64,000 nucleotides of DNA, from assembly GCA_030390025.1 (NCBI GenBank), contig CM059432.1:100132001-100196000 (forward strand), given 5' to 3'. A program made the translations under genes and the position numbers. The DNA is from Squalus acanthias. Lineage: Eukaryota. Every line of letters begins with the position of its first letter. Position 1 is the first letter of the stretch. Shown here in pieces: positions 23,861-37,316 of this stretch. The notes under the pieces are model-generated. The model was given only the letters and a program-made list of their open reading frames with translations. It had not been told where the DNA came from and made no database searches.

Positions 23861-25023
23861 CTCAACAACTACTGCAAGAGGCATCATCCCGTCACTGAAG
23901 TTTTCTCGTCTGTGTAACACAGTCTACCTTTGACACCACAGCTGCACCTCCTTCTCCCTACTTTCTCAAAAAGGGACATTCCCTCAAACCACTACCCATC
24001 TTACAACATGACAACACATAAGCCCTCTTTACTACTACATGTGGGTGCCAATAATCATCACCTGATTGAATAAATCGACACCAAATAAATGCAGCCTTTC
24101 CTGTATGACTCTAACCTCCATCAATGACAAAGTGCCAAGTCAGTGCACATTCTATGTTATTACAGTCAATTCCAAAGTGCTCACAATCAACTTACTGTAA
24201 CACTGGACTTCTCCTGGGTTCCTGCATATGCCTTTTATTTTAACCTATTCTCGTGCTTCTTCTAGGTGCCACCCGAGGAGGTGGTTGGCTCCTCACGATC
24301 TACAATAGGCTCGTGGGACTGAGGTGGCCATTGTCTCATGCTGCCTGCATCTCCAAACCTGGCTTCTGGGAATCCTGTTCACACATCCCATGTTCCACCT
24401 GCGTAGTGCTCTGAGGGATAAGGCTGGAGTTACCTGGCATGAGCTGCTGTCCTGAGAGCCGGCAGTCACTATTCCACTGGGCTCTGGATCTGCAGCCTCA
24501 GTGATTAGCAGGCTTACTGGTCAAATGTCAGCGAACAGATCCTGAAAGCCCTGAGACACAATGGTCCCCATAGTCTGAAAGCTGCTATGCATGCTGTGCT
24601 CTGTTCTCTCCCCTATTGCCGCTAGAGCGACTGTCTGTGCTTCTGCAGAGGGGGAGGCACCGATTGGTCTCTGGCAGATTGTTAGCTGGGAATCTGCTGC
24701 AGATTCCAATGAAGCTGCCTTTCAAGTTGTAAACTTGATTGCTCGTTAAGTGCTCAGCTTAGTGAAGAAACAAAAACGTCAGCTGAAAGATGTTTGAAAA
24801 ATATTGGGAATGTTTCAATTGCTTCCTTTCCTTTCTTTTATTGGTAGATTCTACTGATTGCTGAGCGTTGATTATTGTTTTATATGTTTTGAATAGTTCT
24901 TCATTGTCTGTTTTCTAGTCATTTTGCTTTTGTTTGATTTAGACATTTAGTACCTCTTCATTCTAATTTGTTGCATTTTATCCAATCAACTGCAAGAACA
25001 GGAAGTGTGATGTGATAGCCATA

Positions 25024-27645
25024 GGCCGCGAAATTTGGCACCTCAGCGCATGTAGTCAAGGTCGGGTTTGAAGAAAAATGGTGTCCGCCTCACTTCTGGC
25101 GCAGCCAGCGCTGTTCGCCATCTTGGTGAGGGTGATACTGTGGGCGGGACGTGCGTGCGCCGGCAGTATGTCGTCGACAGATCATGACGTCAGTCAGCAT
25201 ATAATACTGATTTGACACACGACCTGCCATTTTGGATGTTGCCACTCCAGTTAACGCCCTCTCCTAAACACGCACAGCTGAAAGTGCGTTCAGCTGCACG
25301 AGGGACTCGCTGAAGTGGGTGTTCCAATTCGTGGTGCTATGCTGCATCCTCCACAACTTGACCATCATGAGGGCGCAGCCTTTGCCACCACAGGTCATGT
25401 AACCAGCTCAGGAGGAGGAGGAGGAGGAGGTGGAAGGGAGGAGGCAGCCTGCAAATCCCCATTCCGGACGGGCTGTCCGTGAGTACATCATCAGACTCCG
25501 GTTTCCCTGAATGAAACCCCAGATCGCCGTTGCTGGACATTTCCCCACCTTACCATCCCTCTGTCATAGAACATCACAGTGTCCTCTTGGCCACAATGCT
25601 AAAATGAAAGCCACCACAAAACAAATATTCCAAACATAATTTATAAATGATTCATTCCAAAACTACATAACAAAGTCAACTAATCACCCTGGTGCATTCC
25701 CTTCATGCCTATCTTTATTGTGCGCCTTTGCCTGTCCTAGTGCTCTTACAAAGTGCTACCCCAGTGGCTGCAGCATGGCTGGTGGAAGGCTGCAGACTTT
25801 CAGTGGGCAAGATTGCCGATGGCCTTGCAGGACGACCTCGAGCAGCTCTGGGCCAAGATGGACTGCACCACCTCGACATGGGAGGCAGCTGTCTGGGCTG
25901 GCTTGCTGACAGGCAACAGCAAGGGTACTGGCGGAGTGACAGTAGTGGAATTAAGAATGATGTCAGCCCGAGAGAGGACAGCAGATTCATGCTCCACAGA
26001 GCCACTGCCACTCCGCTGGGGCAGCGCCTCAATAATCCCAGTAATCTGTTGGAGGACTGATTGCTGGACCGCTGTGACACCTCGCAAGCCCGTTTGCACA
26101 CTGGTAAACCCAGCCATGATGGCAGCAGTCTGAGCTTGCGTGGCAGCAAGCTGAGCTTGCATGACAGAGGTCTGAGCTCCACTGCGGCACTCAGACGTTG
26201 GGTCGCTTCCGCTTGTGCTGCAATGGAAGCTGAGACATCGTCCATCAGAACCTTCATCATGGTTGGGTCCACAAGTGCTCTAATGAAGTTGCCAATCACT
26301 TCCATCCTGGAAATCATGGGCTCCAAGCTCTTTGCAAAGCCATGTGCAAGGTTGTAGCCGGACTCCTCCATGCTCCTTGATATTGACAAGAGGCTCTCTG
26401 GCTGTCCTGCCAATGTACCAAGCAATTCTGTGTGCATGCCCATCACCCTTCTTCTGATGGCTGCTCCATCGAAGTCCTCATCTGACTCCTCTGCAGCAGA
26501 ACTCGTGTGCGAAACCACCCTCCGGGGAGCTGGCACATGCGGTACCCTTTCCCCCTGCCCTTGCTGCAGGCCACTTCTAGCCTTACAAACTATTCAATGC
26601 ACCACACCCCCATCACTCACCTACCAACAATCTCTACCAAGCACAACACATCACATTCATAGCATGTGCCCGGTGACCCACCACATGCAAATCCCACCTC
26701 TCTGCTACCCTCTAAAGTTCATGGGCTCAGCGATTGCCCTCCCAAGAATGGCCAACACCACTTCCTCCGGGGTTGGGGGTCAGATGATACAGGCACGCCT
26801 GTGCCCCTTCGAGTAGTCCCTGCTGGCTCCGATTGTAAGCCACCTTGTTCTGCAAGAGAAAGGGAAGTGTGTCAGTGAGTGTGGTGCAATATGTTTGGGA
26901 GATGTGCCTGTCATGGTTGAATAGCTGACAGTGTGTGCAAGCTGTGAGATGTGGGTGTGAGTCTTGTACCAGTGGTAATTATGTGAGGGTGAGGTGAAGC
27001 TATAAATGTGATGAGTTGTGCTTGGTTGAGATTGTTGGTAGGTGAGTGATGGGGGTGTGGTGCATTGAATAGTTTGTAAGGCTAGCAGTGCAGTTGTTGG
27101 GATATGACATTTGAAAATGCATTCACTGACCTTGACCACTTGCGTAAGGTCATTAAATTTCTTTTGGCACTGGGGGAGAGACTGGTGGCACTGACCGTAT
27201 CAGCAATCTGCTCCCACTGCCTTCTTACAGTTCGTCTTGAGAGCCTCCTGGCCCCCTTCGGATAGAGGACCTGTCTTCTCCTTTCAACCCCCTGCACTAA
27301 GGCCTCCAGTCCTGCGTCGGATAACCAAGGAGCCCTTTTTCTGCCCTGTTGAGCCATAGGTACCTTCCACTTTCCTTTGCTACAATAACAATGAGGTGCT
27401 TATTCCAGAAAGCACTTCCCCTTTAAGAAGTGCAGACTGCGTTTCACACTGCAGGCTACCTTTAAATAGAGATCACAGTTCCCACAAAATTGGACCCCCA
27501 CCTGAGTGCTGAGCCAACCAGCAGTGTATTCAACGCTGGACTCAGCACTTCAATCATGTTAATTAGCAGGCAGCATGAATTTCGCATGCTGCCTGTATCA
27601 CTTTCAACAGGCACGGGCCGACCTCAGCGTCCGTTTTCAGGCCTT
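25024..27645. mobile_element. Harbinger family B deletion derivative (most of transposase lost; Myb gene on - strand 27357-25715)
   Basis: Terminus ggccgcgaaattt at 25024. Transposase 3' stub at ~25310-25510. MAQQGRKRAPWLSDAGLEALVQGV...WEQIA exon and coiled-coil exon. Confidence 0.88.
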
Positions 27646-27774
27646 AATTCACTTAACTACTTTAGCATGCAGTTGACCCAATATTTTAATGTATTGATAG
27701 AAATAATGGATTTCAGATCACTTTCGGTTGATGTTATTTCTTCAGGGTAGCATATTGCTTATGTGACACCACTA

Positions 27775-28832
27775 TTGTCCAATTTCCTCCTCCAATTCTG
27801 GCCTCTTATGCATCCCCGACTTTTATTGCTTCACCATTGGTGGCTGTGCCTTCAGCTGCCTTTGCCCTAAGCTTTGGAATTCCCTCCCTAAAACTCTCTG
27901 CCTCTCTACCTCTCTCTCCTCCTAGAAGACACTCCTTAAAACCTAGCTCTTTGACCAAGCTTTTGGTCACCTGCAATATCTCCTTATGTGGCTTGGTATT
28001 GGGCCGAAAATTCATCCCGGGACGCGAGAGTACGCACTGCGTACTCTCGCGTATTCCCACTCCAATTGCCGGTTTTCTGCATGCCCTGCGCATGCGCTGA
28101 AAACCGGCAATTGCTCTTCTGAAAAGGGGGCGGGTCCTGGGTGCATCGCGTGCGCGCTACAGGCTGCGCGCACGCTGTGCACTTCATGCTTTGGACGCGC
28201 AGGTAAGTAGGGAAGATTTTGGAAATGTAAAAAGGAGGAGTAAGACCCGCTTTTAAGAAGGTAAGTAGTGAATTAAGTATTTTTTTGAATTTTTTTTTAC
28301 AGGTATATCTTTTTTAGAGACTTTAAAGACAGGTAAGTTTATTTTTATAACTTTTTAAAAGATGTAAAATTTTTTCAAAAATTTAATTTTTTATTTAAAA
28401 TGGTTAATTTAATTAACTATACTTATTTTATTAATATGATGTTTTTTTTTTAATTTAATTGAGGTTTAGCTGTTATTTTGGGGGGGTGTAAGATTCATAG
28501 ATTTCACAGCAGGTCTGTGAAACTTATGAATGGAAGATGGTGTGCTGCCATTGGCTCTAACTGAGTCACGTGATCCCACAGCTCGCACGAATTCACTACG
28601 CCGCTGGGATACGCAAGCCCAGCACAGCTGATGTCTGGAACATCAAGTTCGTGCGAGCTGGATCTGAAAAAGCACAAGCGAGGTGAGACATCGCGGGGAA
28701 GGCTTACCCCCACGGGAACAGAGCGAGATCAATTTCTGGGCCATTAAATTATGTTTGCTAACGCTCCTGTGACGCCACTTCGGACGTTTTGTTATGTTAA
28801 ACACACTATATAAATGCAAGTTGTTGTTGTTG
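27775..28832 (+). mobile_element. L2-type LINE 3' end, interrupted by MITE 28001-28742
   Basis: Matches 61870-62172 and ends tataaatgcaag(ttg)n. Confidence 0.75.
28001..28742 (+). mobile_element. Structured splice-donor MITE, copy 2
   Basis: Collinear with 3993-4735; ends gggccgaaaatt/aatttctgggcc; TSD att. Confidence 0.92.
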
Positions 28833-31800
28833 TAATAAGTGGCTCAAGAATCTCCTGTGTGAGACTTGAGTTAGGACCTGCTCCAGGGCAAAACACGATG
28901 GAAGGACCCTCGCCAGGTCAGGGAGTACAGGAAACATGCCGGCTTCTATGCTGAGCCGACTGGCAGGTCAGGTCTAGGTGGGGGGGAAGGCAATCCCAGA
29001 GGAGCCCTCGAGTGTGCCGGCAGCAGAGGCCTCCAATGGTCCCTTTAAGGAACGCTGGTTAGGCTGCTCAACTCATGATACAACTAAGCAGAGCGTATGC
29101 AGCACAAGCTCCACCTAGTTGTACCTGAATTCCGTATTTGGGGTCCTACAGCTGGCGTAGAACACCAATCTGCATATTTAAGGAGCCTACCTCTGTTTCA
29201 GATAGGCACCCTGGATGACTAAAAGTCACGTGAGCTAATACGGCTTGTGGCTCAATTCTAGAGAAGTTCAGCTGCACCAGATCGTGACGTGAAATTTGAA
29301 GGTTTTACTCCAATTTTATGTGGGAAAAACGGGCAGCTGTGAGTTGAATTTCTCCCCCAGAGGCAATTCATGCAATCTAATCTTAATCACATGGACTAAA
29401 TATTGTAATGGACTAAACTTATGGTTATATAGTTAAAAATGTTTACTTTTTTGTAGATTTTTTTTTTGCTGGCAAAGATGTGTTTCCCTATTCTGGTACT
29501 TATTCAGACCATAGTCCCAGCTACATTTATCAGCCTATACACTGTTCATTGACAATGTTCTATTGCAAAACTGCTGGGCATAACCTCATCAAGAGTTGTA
29601 GACTGCATATGGACAATCAAAGCAAACCCAAACCAACATAGAATTCTACTGCAGAATCAAAAGATCCAAACTGATTATTTGCGGATATCTAAACAAAGAA
29701 ATATTTGACTAGGGAATTATCACAGACATTGCATGGACAATGTGTAACCTCCCAAATTGAGAGGTGGCACCCCAAAACTAGGACTGAACACTCAAGCATG
29801 TCCTTATAATTTCTGGAACTGATATCAGAGGGATTCAAGCTCCTTCCCAAAGACACAGCAGAATATTTAGTAAAGGTAAAAAAAATAGAAGGAGGGGGCA
29901 GTTCTATCCTTTTTCTTGGAAGTACAGAGCAGCCAACTTCTGAAGACATGTCATTTCCTTAAACCTTTTCAAGATTTATTTAAAAAAAGAAATGGATCTG
30001 ATGGCACGGCAGGTTTATCCAGTGTGGAACCAAGCCATAAACCAAGGAGGTCCTATGTTTAGTCCTTTGTCTGTCTTTAGTTAGCTGTGGGGTGCTAAGA
30101 GCGACATACCTGCCTCTTGGACTAGTTCCATTGATTTCAATGGGACCTGATGTTTCAGAAGATCTGAGCCTACAAGAGTCCATGTTGACTGAATTTGAAG
30201 CAGTGCCCAATCAGTGGTAACTTTTCTCTCTGCCTCAAGCAGCTGCAGAGCATCTTCACAGCTCCAGCAGCAATGATCATGAAATGGTGAGTATCCCTTT
30301 AAGTGGTGAGTATCCCTTTAAGTAGTGCTTGAAATTGATATCAACACTGTGTTTACTCCCAAACAGCTGGTTGCTGTTAAGAGAGGGCATAGTTGAAGCG
30401 CTAGCCACCAAAATGCCGTGCAGCCTCTTTAATGAGCGCTAGCAGGCATTTTAAGTGGCAATCAGCTGTTTAACAAGCTTCTGGGCGGCCGTTCCTAGCA
30501 CAGGCTTCAACTCCATTGCAAAGAAGGCATCTTGTGCTAGATACAGGCTAAACCGGCATTTCAGCTGAAGACCCCAACTTGTCCACCTCTTTAGCACCTA
30601 AAATATCGGTGAAAATTGCCCCTATAGCACTACATCACACAGACACAATATTTTAATAATATAAGCATTAAGTGCTGATTAAAAATAAACAGTAGAAAAT
30701 GTGTTTCTGCATCTCAAGCTACATGTTAGTATAAATCTGAAATTTCTGTTACAATTAAGTCCATGGGCTAAAAATTCAATTAGGCACGGAAACGGGCACA
30801 GGGATCGCGATGCGCAATCAGCCCGCGCCTGTTGAACGTAATGCAGGCAGCATACGACCTTTGTGTTGCCTGCGAATTACCATGATTGATACGTGCAGCC
30901 CAGCGCTGAGCGTGCTGCTGAGTGGCTGAACGCTCAGCAGGGAGCGGAAGTTCATGTGAGGCGAGCTCTATTTAAAGCTAGCCTCCACTTTTAAAGGCAG
31001 TCTGCACCTCTTAAAGGTGAAGCGCATTCTGCATTTTAGTAGCTGCTGGAACTGCTTGTGAAGACAACTGTGACTCAGTAATGGCTCAACAGGCAGAAAA
31101 AGGGCACCAAGGTTCTCGGACGCAGGACTGGAGGCCTTAGTGCAGGGTGTAGAAAGGAGGAGACAGGTCCTCTACCCGCAGGAGGCCAGGAGGCCCTCTA
31201 GATACATAGTCAGAAGGCAGTGGGAGTAGATAGCCAAAGCGGTCACTGCCAACAGTCTGGCTACGAGGTCCTGGATCCAGTGCTGAAAGAAGTTCAATAA
31301 CCTCTAACGAGTGGTCAAGTTCAGTGAATACATCTTCAAAAGTCGTCCCCACCAACTGCACCACTAGCCTCACAAACTGCTCAATGCACCACACCCCCAT
31401 CATTCACCTACCAACAATCTCTATCAATCACAACTCATACCTCACAATCATAGCTTCACCTCACCCTTGTTTTGTGGTGGCTTTCATTTCAGCATTGTTT
31501 CCAAGAGGATGCTGTGATGTTCTGTGAGAGAGAGATGGTATGGTGGGGAAATGTTGGGCAACGGGGATCTGGGGTTTAATTCAGTGGAACCCGAGTCTGA
31601 TGGTGCGTTCACGGACAGCCCGTCCGGAACGTGGATATGCAGGCTGCCTCCTCCCTTCCTCCTCCTGCTCCTCCTCTTCCCCCTCCTGAGGTGGTCATGA
31701 AACCTGTAGTGGCAAGGGCTGCGCCCTCATGATGGCCAATTTGTGGAGGATGCAGCAGACCACCATGAAATGGGACACCGGCGTGTACTGGAGGGCTCTA

Positions 31801-33176
31801 CCCGAGCGGTCAAGGCAGCAAAATCATTGCTTCAGCACCCCAATGGTCTGGCCGATGAGGTTCCTCATGTCAGCATGGCATTCAATGATTGCTGGCCACA
31901 AGTGGTGGGGTTGTGGAGGGGAGTCACAAGCCAGGTGTAGAGCGGTTTGCCCTTGTCGCCGAGCATCCACTCTTGGGTTCGGCGTGGTGGCTGGAAGATT
32001 GCTGGCACAGCAGACTGGCACAGGATGAAGACATCATGACTGCTGCCAGGATAGTGGGCATTCACCAGCATGATGTGCTGGGCATGGTCGCACACCAACT
32101 GCACATTAAGTGAGTGAAACCATTTACGCTTACAGAACATCTCACCATTGAGATGCAGTGCCCACAAAGCCACGTGTGTGCAGTCGATGTCGCCCTGCAC
32201 CATGAGGAAGCCCAATATCCTGGCAAAGCCACATGCGTGCTTCTCCTACTTCTCTCTGTTTACAGAGAAGACTATGAAGCCCCCCTCCTAGCGTACTGAG
32301 CCTCTGTGACCTCCCGGATGCAGCGATGGACGGCGAACTGCAAGATTTTTGATTTGTCCCCTGTTCCAGCCTGGAAGGATCCGCTGGTGAAAAATTTCGG
32401 GGCCACAGTCACCATGAGGGCCACTGGCAGCGCCGTCATCGCCCTGCTCTGAGGCTGCAGGTCTGATTCCAAGAGGTGGCAGAGTTCTGTGACCACTTCC
32501 TTGATGAAGTGGAGTCGCCGAGCACACTGCTTCTGGCGACTGTGCAGGTAGGAGAAGTGCTCCGTGAAGACCCTAGGTGCGTAAGGCCTCCTGCTGAGAG
32601 CCCTCCTCCCCCTTCTCCTCCTCTCTCTGTGAGCAGATTGTCTTCTTTGTTGCCTCTGCTCCATCTTCCTGTCAAGCTGCAGCACAAGGGGGACTGCAAG
32701 TAAAGCCCCCATGACTGGGAGCAAGTGGTGTACTCAGAGGCCTTCCAATAGCAGCCAACATCTGTCCACTCTGACCTCACCATCCTCGGCCTATTACACT
32801 GTTCCACGGAAGCGCAGCGTAAGCTCGAGGAACAGCACCTCATCTTTCGTTTAGGCACGCTAAAGCCCTCTGGACTCAATATCGAGTTCAACAATTTTAG
32901 ATCATAACCTCAGCCCCTATCACATTTATATTTTATTTTTTCATCCACCCTTTTGTTTGCCCCCCCCTTTTTTTTTTCCCTCCTAGAAGCTGGCAGCTGT
33001 CCTTCATTCTGCCAGTGCATTTCACGCTTCTTTTAGCCTCAACCTGTCACATTAACACCACCTCTTGCCTTGATCATCTCTTAATGTCTCTTAATCTCTC
33101 CATTTGTTCTTTCATCCCCTCCCCCTTTTCCCAGCTTTATCCTTGCCTTAAATCTATTTCATTTCCTGCTATTTCC

Positions 33177-33213
33177 AGTTCTGACGAAAGGTCTTCGACC
33201 TGAAACGTTAACT
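33177..33213 (+). ncRNA. Minimal type-I hammerhead ribozyme motif in the 5' pseudo-LTR
   Basis: AGTT-CTGACGA-A-AGGTC ttc GACCT-GAAAC-GTT^-AACT: conserved core, stem II, palindromic AACGTT in place of stem III, 4-bp stem I. Confidence 0.75.
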
Positions 33214-33348
33214 CTGTTTCTCTCTCCACGGATGCTGCCTGGCCTGCTGAGTTTTTCCAGCGTTTTCTGTTGTTATTTCGGATTTCCAGCATCTGCAGTA
33301 TTTTGCTATCGTATTAGTGTTTGGTCCACTGTCACCTCTCTTCTAGGA

Positions 33349-36100
33349 ATGCCTACCTTAAAGAAGTTCTGCTCTTCTCTTCGACGGGACCTCCGTTTGT
33401 CTCTTCAACCTTGTTCATCTTCACTGCTTTCAGTTTCCCTTCTCGTGTTTGATCAGGTATCTGCCAAGACTCGGTTTCACAGCCACATTACTTTCCTCAG
33501 CAATTGTCTCCGGTTCGGTCTTATTCCACGTGGATTCCAACTAAACTTCCACCCTTCGTGTTTCGGATCCACCCAGGATTACAAATATCTCCAAGATATT
33601 CATCGTTCCTCGAACTACTGCTCTCGCCGCATCTTGAGATCCACGCTCCACGCCATGCGGCACCACATGAACACTCTCGACCTCTCTCTTCAGCAGCACC
33701 GACGCACTCTATCTCAAAGCTGTCCACGTCCACAGTTCCATTTCATCCTTCGACTCATCCGACGCTTCAACAAAAAACTTTTTTTCTTCCTTTCTGATGT
33801 CAAGGATCGCAAGCTTCATCAACACTTGAACACCAACGTCCCTCCGGAACCTTCTTCCCCATCACTTTCCTCTGACCCCCCTTCTCCCAATCTCACCCCC
33901 TGCCGCGTTTTCACTATCCCTTCTGACCTTCCCCTTTCTGACCCCGAACGATCAGTCCTCAGCAAAGGCCTGAGCTTCATCCCCTTACGCCCCCACCTCA
34001 ATGAATTTTGAGCTCGGCACGATGCTGATCTCTTTTTCCGCCGCCTTCACCTCCGTGCCCACTTCTCTGGCCAGGAGTCTTCCCCCCGTACGGCTGACCC
34101 TTTCTCCCGCTTTCAGAATTCCCATTCTACCTGGACCCCTCCCTCTGGCCTCTTACCCTCTCTAGATCTTTTCATTGCCAACTGCTGGCGTGACATCGGC
34201 CGTCTCAATTTCTCTGCTCCCCTCTCTCACTCCAACCTACCTCCCTCTGAACTTGCAGCACTCTATTCCCTCAGATCCAACCCCGACATTGTCATTAAAC
34301 CTGCTGACAAGGGTGGTGCTGTTGTTGTTTGGCGTACCGACCTCTACCTAGCGGAAGCTGAATGCCAACTCTCCGACACCTCCTCCTACCTCCACCTGGA
34401 CCATGACCCCCACTACCGAACATCAAACCACCATTTCCAAGACCGTCACTGACCTCATCTCCTCTGGAGATCTTCCCCCCATGGCAGCCAACCTCATAGT
34501 TCCCCAACCCCGCACAGCCCACTTCTACCTCCTTCCCAAGATCCACAAACAGAACTGCCCCGGTAGACCCATCGTTTCAGCCTGTTCTTGCCCCACGGAA
34601 CTTATCTCTTCCTATCTCGACTCTATTTTTTCTCCCCTTGTCCAGTCTCTTCCCACCTACATCTGCGACTCTTCCGATGCCCTCCGCCATTTTAACAGTT
34701 TCCAGTTTCCCGGCCCCAACCGCCTCCTTTTCACTATGGACGTACAATCCCTCTACACCTCCATTCCCCACCAGGATGGCCTGAGGGCGCTCCGCTTCTT
34801 CCTTGAACAGAGGCCCAACCAGTCCCCATCCACCACCACCCTGTTCCGCCTGGCTGAACTTGTTCTCACATTGAACAACTTCTCCTTTGACTCCACCCAT
34901 TTCCTCCAAATTAAAGGTGTTGCTATGGGTACCCGCATGGGTCCTAGCTAGGCCTGCCTTTTCGTGGGATATGTGGAACACTCTTTGTTCCAGTCCTACT
35001 CGGGTCCCCTCCCTCACCTCTTTTTCCGGTACATTGATGACTGTATCGGTGCCGTCTCCTGCTCTCGCCCTGAACTAGAACATTTCATTCACTATGCTTC
35101 CAATTTCCACCCTTCCCTCACCTTCACATGGTCCATCTCCGACTCTTCCCTTCCCTTCCTCGACTTCTCCGTCTCCATCTGTGGGGATAGGTTATTGACT
35201 AACATTCACTACAAGCCCACTGACTCCCACAGCTACCTGGACTACACTTCCTCCCACCCCGCCTCCTGTAAGGACTCTATTCCATTCTCCCAGTTTCTCC
35301 GTCTCCGCCGCATCTTCTCTGATGATGCCACCTTCCATACCAGTGCTTCCGACATGTCTTCCTTTTTCCTCAACCGAGGATTCCCCTCTACTGTGGTCGA
35401 CACGGCCCTCGACCGTGTCCGTTCTATCTCCCGCACTTCTGCCCTCACCCCTGCCCCTCCCTCCCGGAACCACGATAGAGTTCCCCTTGTCCTCACCTTT
35501 CACCCCACCAGCCTCCACATTCAACAGATCATCCTCCGCCATTTCCGCCACCTCCAGCGTGATCCCACCACCAAACGCATCTTCCCCTCACCTCCCCTTT
35601 CAGCATTCCGCAGGGACCGCTCCCTCCGCGACACCATAGTCCACTCCTCTACCACCCCCAGCACCCCTTCCCCTTCGCCCGGCACCTTCCCGTGCAAGCG
35701 CAGGAGATGCAACACATGCCCTTATACCTCCCCTCTTCCCACTGTCCAGGGCCCCAATCACCCCTTCCAGGTGAAACAGCGATTTACTTGTACTTCCTGC
35801 AATTTAGTATACTGTAGTCGCTGCTCACGATGTGGTTTCCTCTACATTGGGGAGACCAAATGCAGATTGGGTGACCGCTTTGCGGAACACCTCCGTTCAG
35901 TCCGTAAGTGGGACCCCGAGCTCCCAGTCGCCTGTCACTTTAATTCTCCGCTCCACTCCCACTCTGACCTCACCATCCTCGGCCTATTACACTTTTCCAT
36001 GGAAGCGCAGCGTAAGCTCGAGGAACAGCACCTCCTCTTTCGTTTAGGCACACTACAGCCCTCTGGACTCAATATCGAGTTCAACAATTTTAGAACATAA
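33349..36100 (+). pseudogene. PLE polyprotein: N-terminal domain, RT, Cys linker, GIY-YIG endonuclease
   Basis: FLSNCLRFGLIPRG; KPADKGG; LPKIHK; DVQSLYTSIPH; GVAMG; FRYIDD; CKRRRCNTC; NLVY..C..C..LYIGET..RFAEH; GLN. Stops at ~34009 and ~34949, frameshift at ~34390. Confidence 0.93.
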
Positions 36101-36367
36101 CCTCAGCCCCTATCACATTTATATTTTATTTTTTCATCCACCCTTTTGTTTGCCCCCCCTTTTTTTTTCCCTCCTCGAAGCTGGCAGCTGTCCTTCATTC
36201 TGCCAGTGCATTTCACACTTCTTTTAGCCTCAACCTGTCACATTAACACCACCTCTTGTCTTGATCATCTCTTAATGTCTCTTAATCTCTCCTTTTGTTC
36301 TTTCATCCCCTCCCCCTTTTCCCAGCTTTATCCTTGCCTTAAATCTATTTCATTTCCTGCTATTTCC

Positions 36368-36404
36368 AGTTCTGACGAAAGGTCTTCGACCTGAAACGTT
36401 AACT
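36368..36404 (+). ncRNA. Minimal hammerhead ribozyme motif in the 3' pseudo-LTR
   Basis: Identical to 33177-33213. Confidence 0.75.
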
Positions 36405-37316
36405 CTGTTTCTCTCTCCACGGATGCTGCCTGGCCTGCTGAGTTTTTCCAGCGTTTTCTGTTGTTATTTAACATCTTTCCAATGTTCAGCAGCACTCCCT
36501 GCACTCTTTAACAACTTATGAAATCTCTTACAGCAACCCAGTACTCCTACAAACTCTGCAAGAGCCAGTGCAAAATCAATAAGCAACTTACCTTTAAGTA
36601 GTGCTGGTGGGGGGGGTGGGGGGGGAGGGGGTGGGGGCGGTCCCTCGTGCATGTTCAGCTGTGCGTATTTAGGAGAGGGCGTTGAATGTAACAGTGACGT
36701 CGAAAATGGCAGGTCGTGCATCAAATCAGCGTCACACTGATGTCACGATCTGCCTACTCTGCATACAGCCGGCGCACACACATGTACCGCCCGTGCTATC
36801 ACACTCACCAAGATGGCAAACAGGGCGGCCACTCCAGAAGTTGGCGGAAGCGAGGTGGACACCATTTTAAAAAAAATGGCAAAAACTACCGGCGCTACAG
36901 GGGTGAATTTTGCGGCCAATATCTGGCTTCTTCCCAACACCATGAATTGTAGCAGACATGATGCCAAATAACACAATTAGTAACTAATTATTTATCAAAT
37001 AGTTCTGATGTTACCACATTGCAACAAGAAGTCCATTTCTTTCTGAATATTATTTTCTCAGTCACTGTGATGCATAACTGTCTGTGAAAGTAATAATTTA
37101 ACGGGGTTATGAAGCCACGTGCTGATTGTTTAATATTTTGTCTGTCAGTAACCTGGCAATAATCACAAAAGAAAAATTGAGCATCCAACTGCATCGACTT
37201 CAGACACAGCTTCAGTCTATTCATTATGCCATAAAGATGAGGTGATAAACTTTGAAAATCTCTTCCTAGTCTGTGAAAGATAAATATGGTTTTACTGTCA
37301 CTTAAATTATCCATTT

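Larger units (their letters stand above)
32769..36469 (+). mobile_element. Penelope-like retroelement (GIY-YIG endonuclease type, Neptune-like)
   Basis: ~510-bp direct pseudo-LTRs (32769-33278, 35962-36469); 12-bp target duplication aacatct(g/t)tcca (32757-32768, 36470-36481); RT + GIY-YIG ORF. Confidence 0.95.
30765..36917. mobile_element. Harbinger family B element with internal deletion and Penelope insertion
   Basis: Ends gggctaaaaattca/tgaattttgcggcc. Myb exon 1 at ~31081-31325 (+). Transposase at ~32712-31600 (-) with QGDIDCTHVAL, YPGSSHDVFIL, LGDKG. Confidence 0.9.

Noticed and set aside
30284..30323. ~19-bp tandem duplication tggtgagtatccctttaag
   Set aside because: Simple local slippage in a decayed element end.
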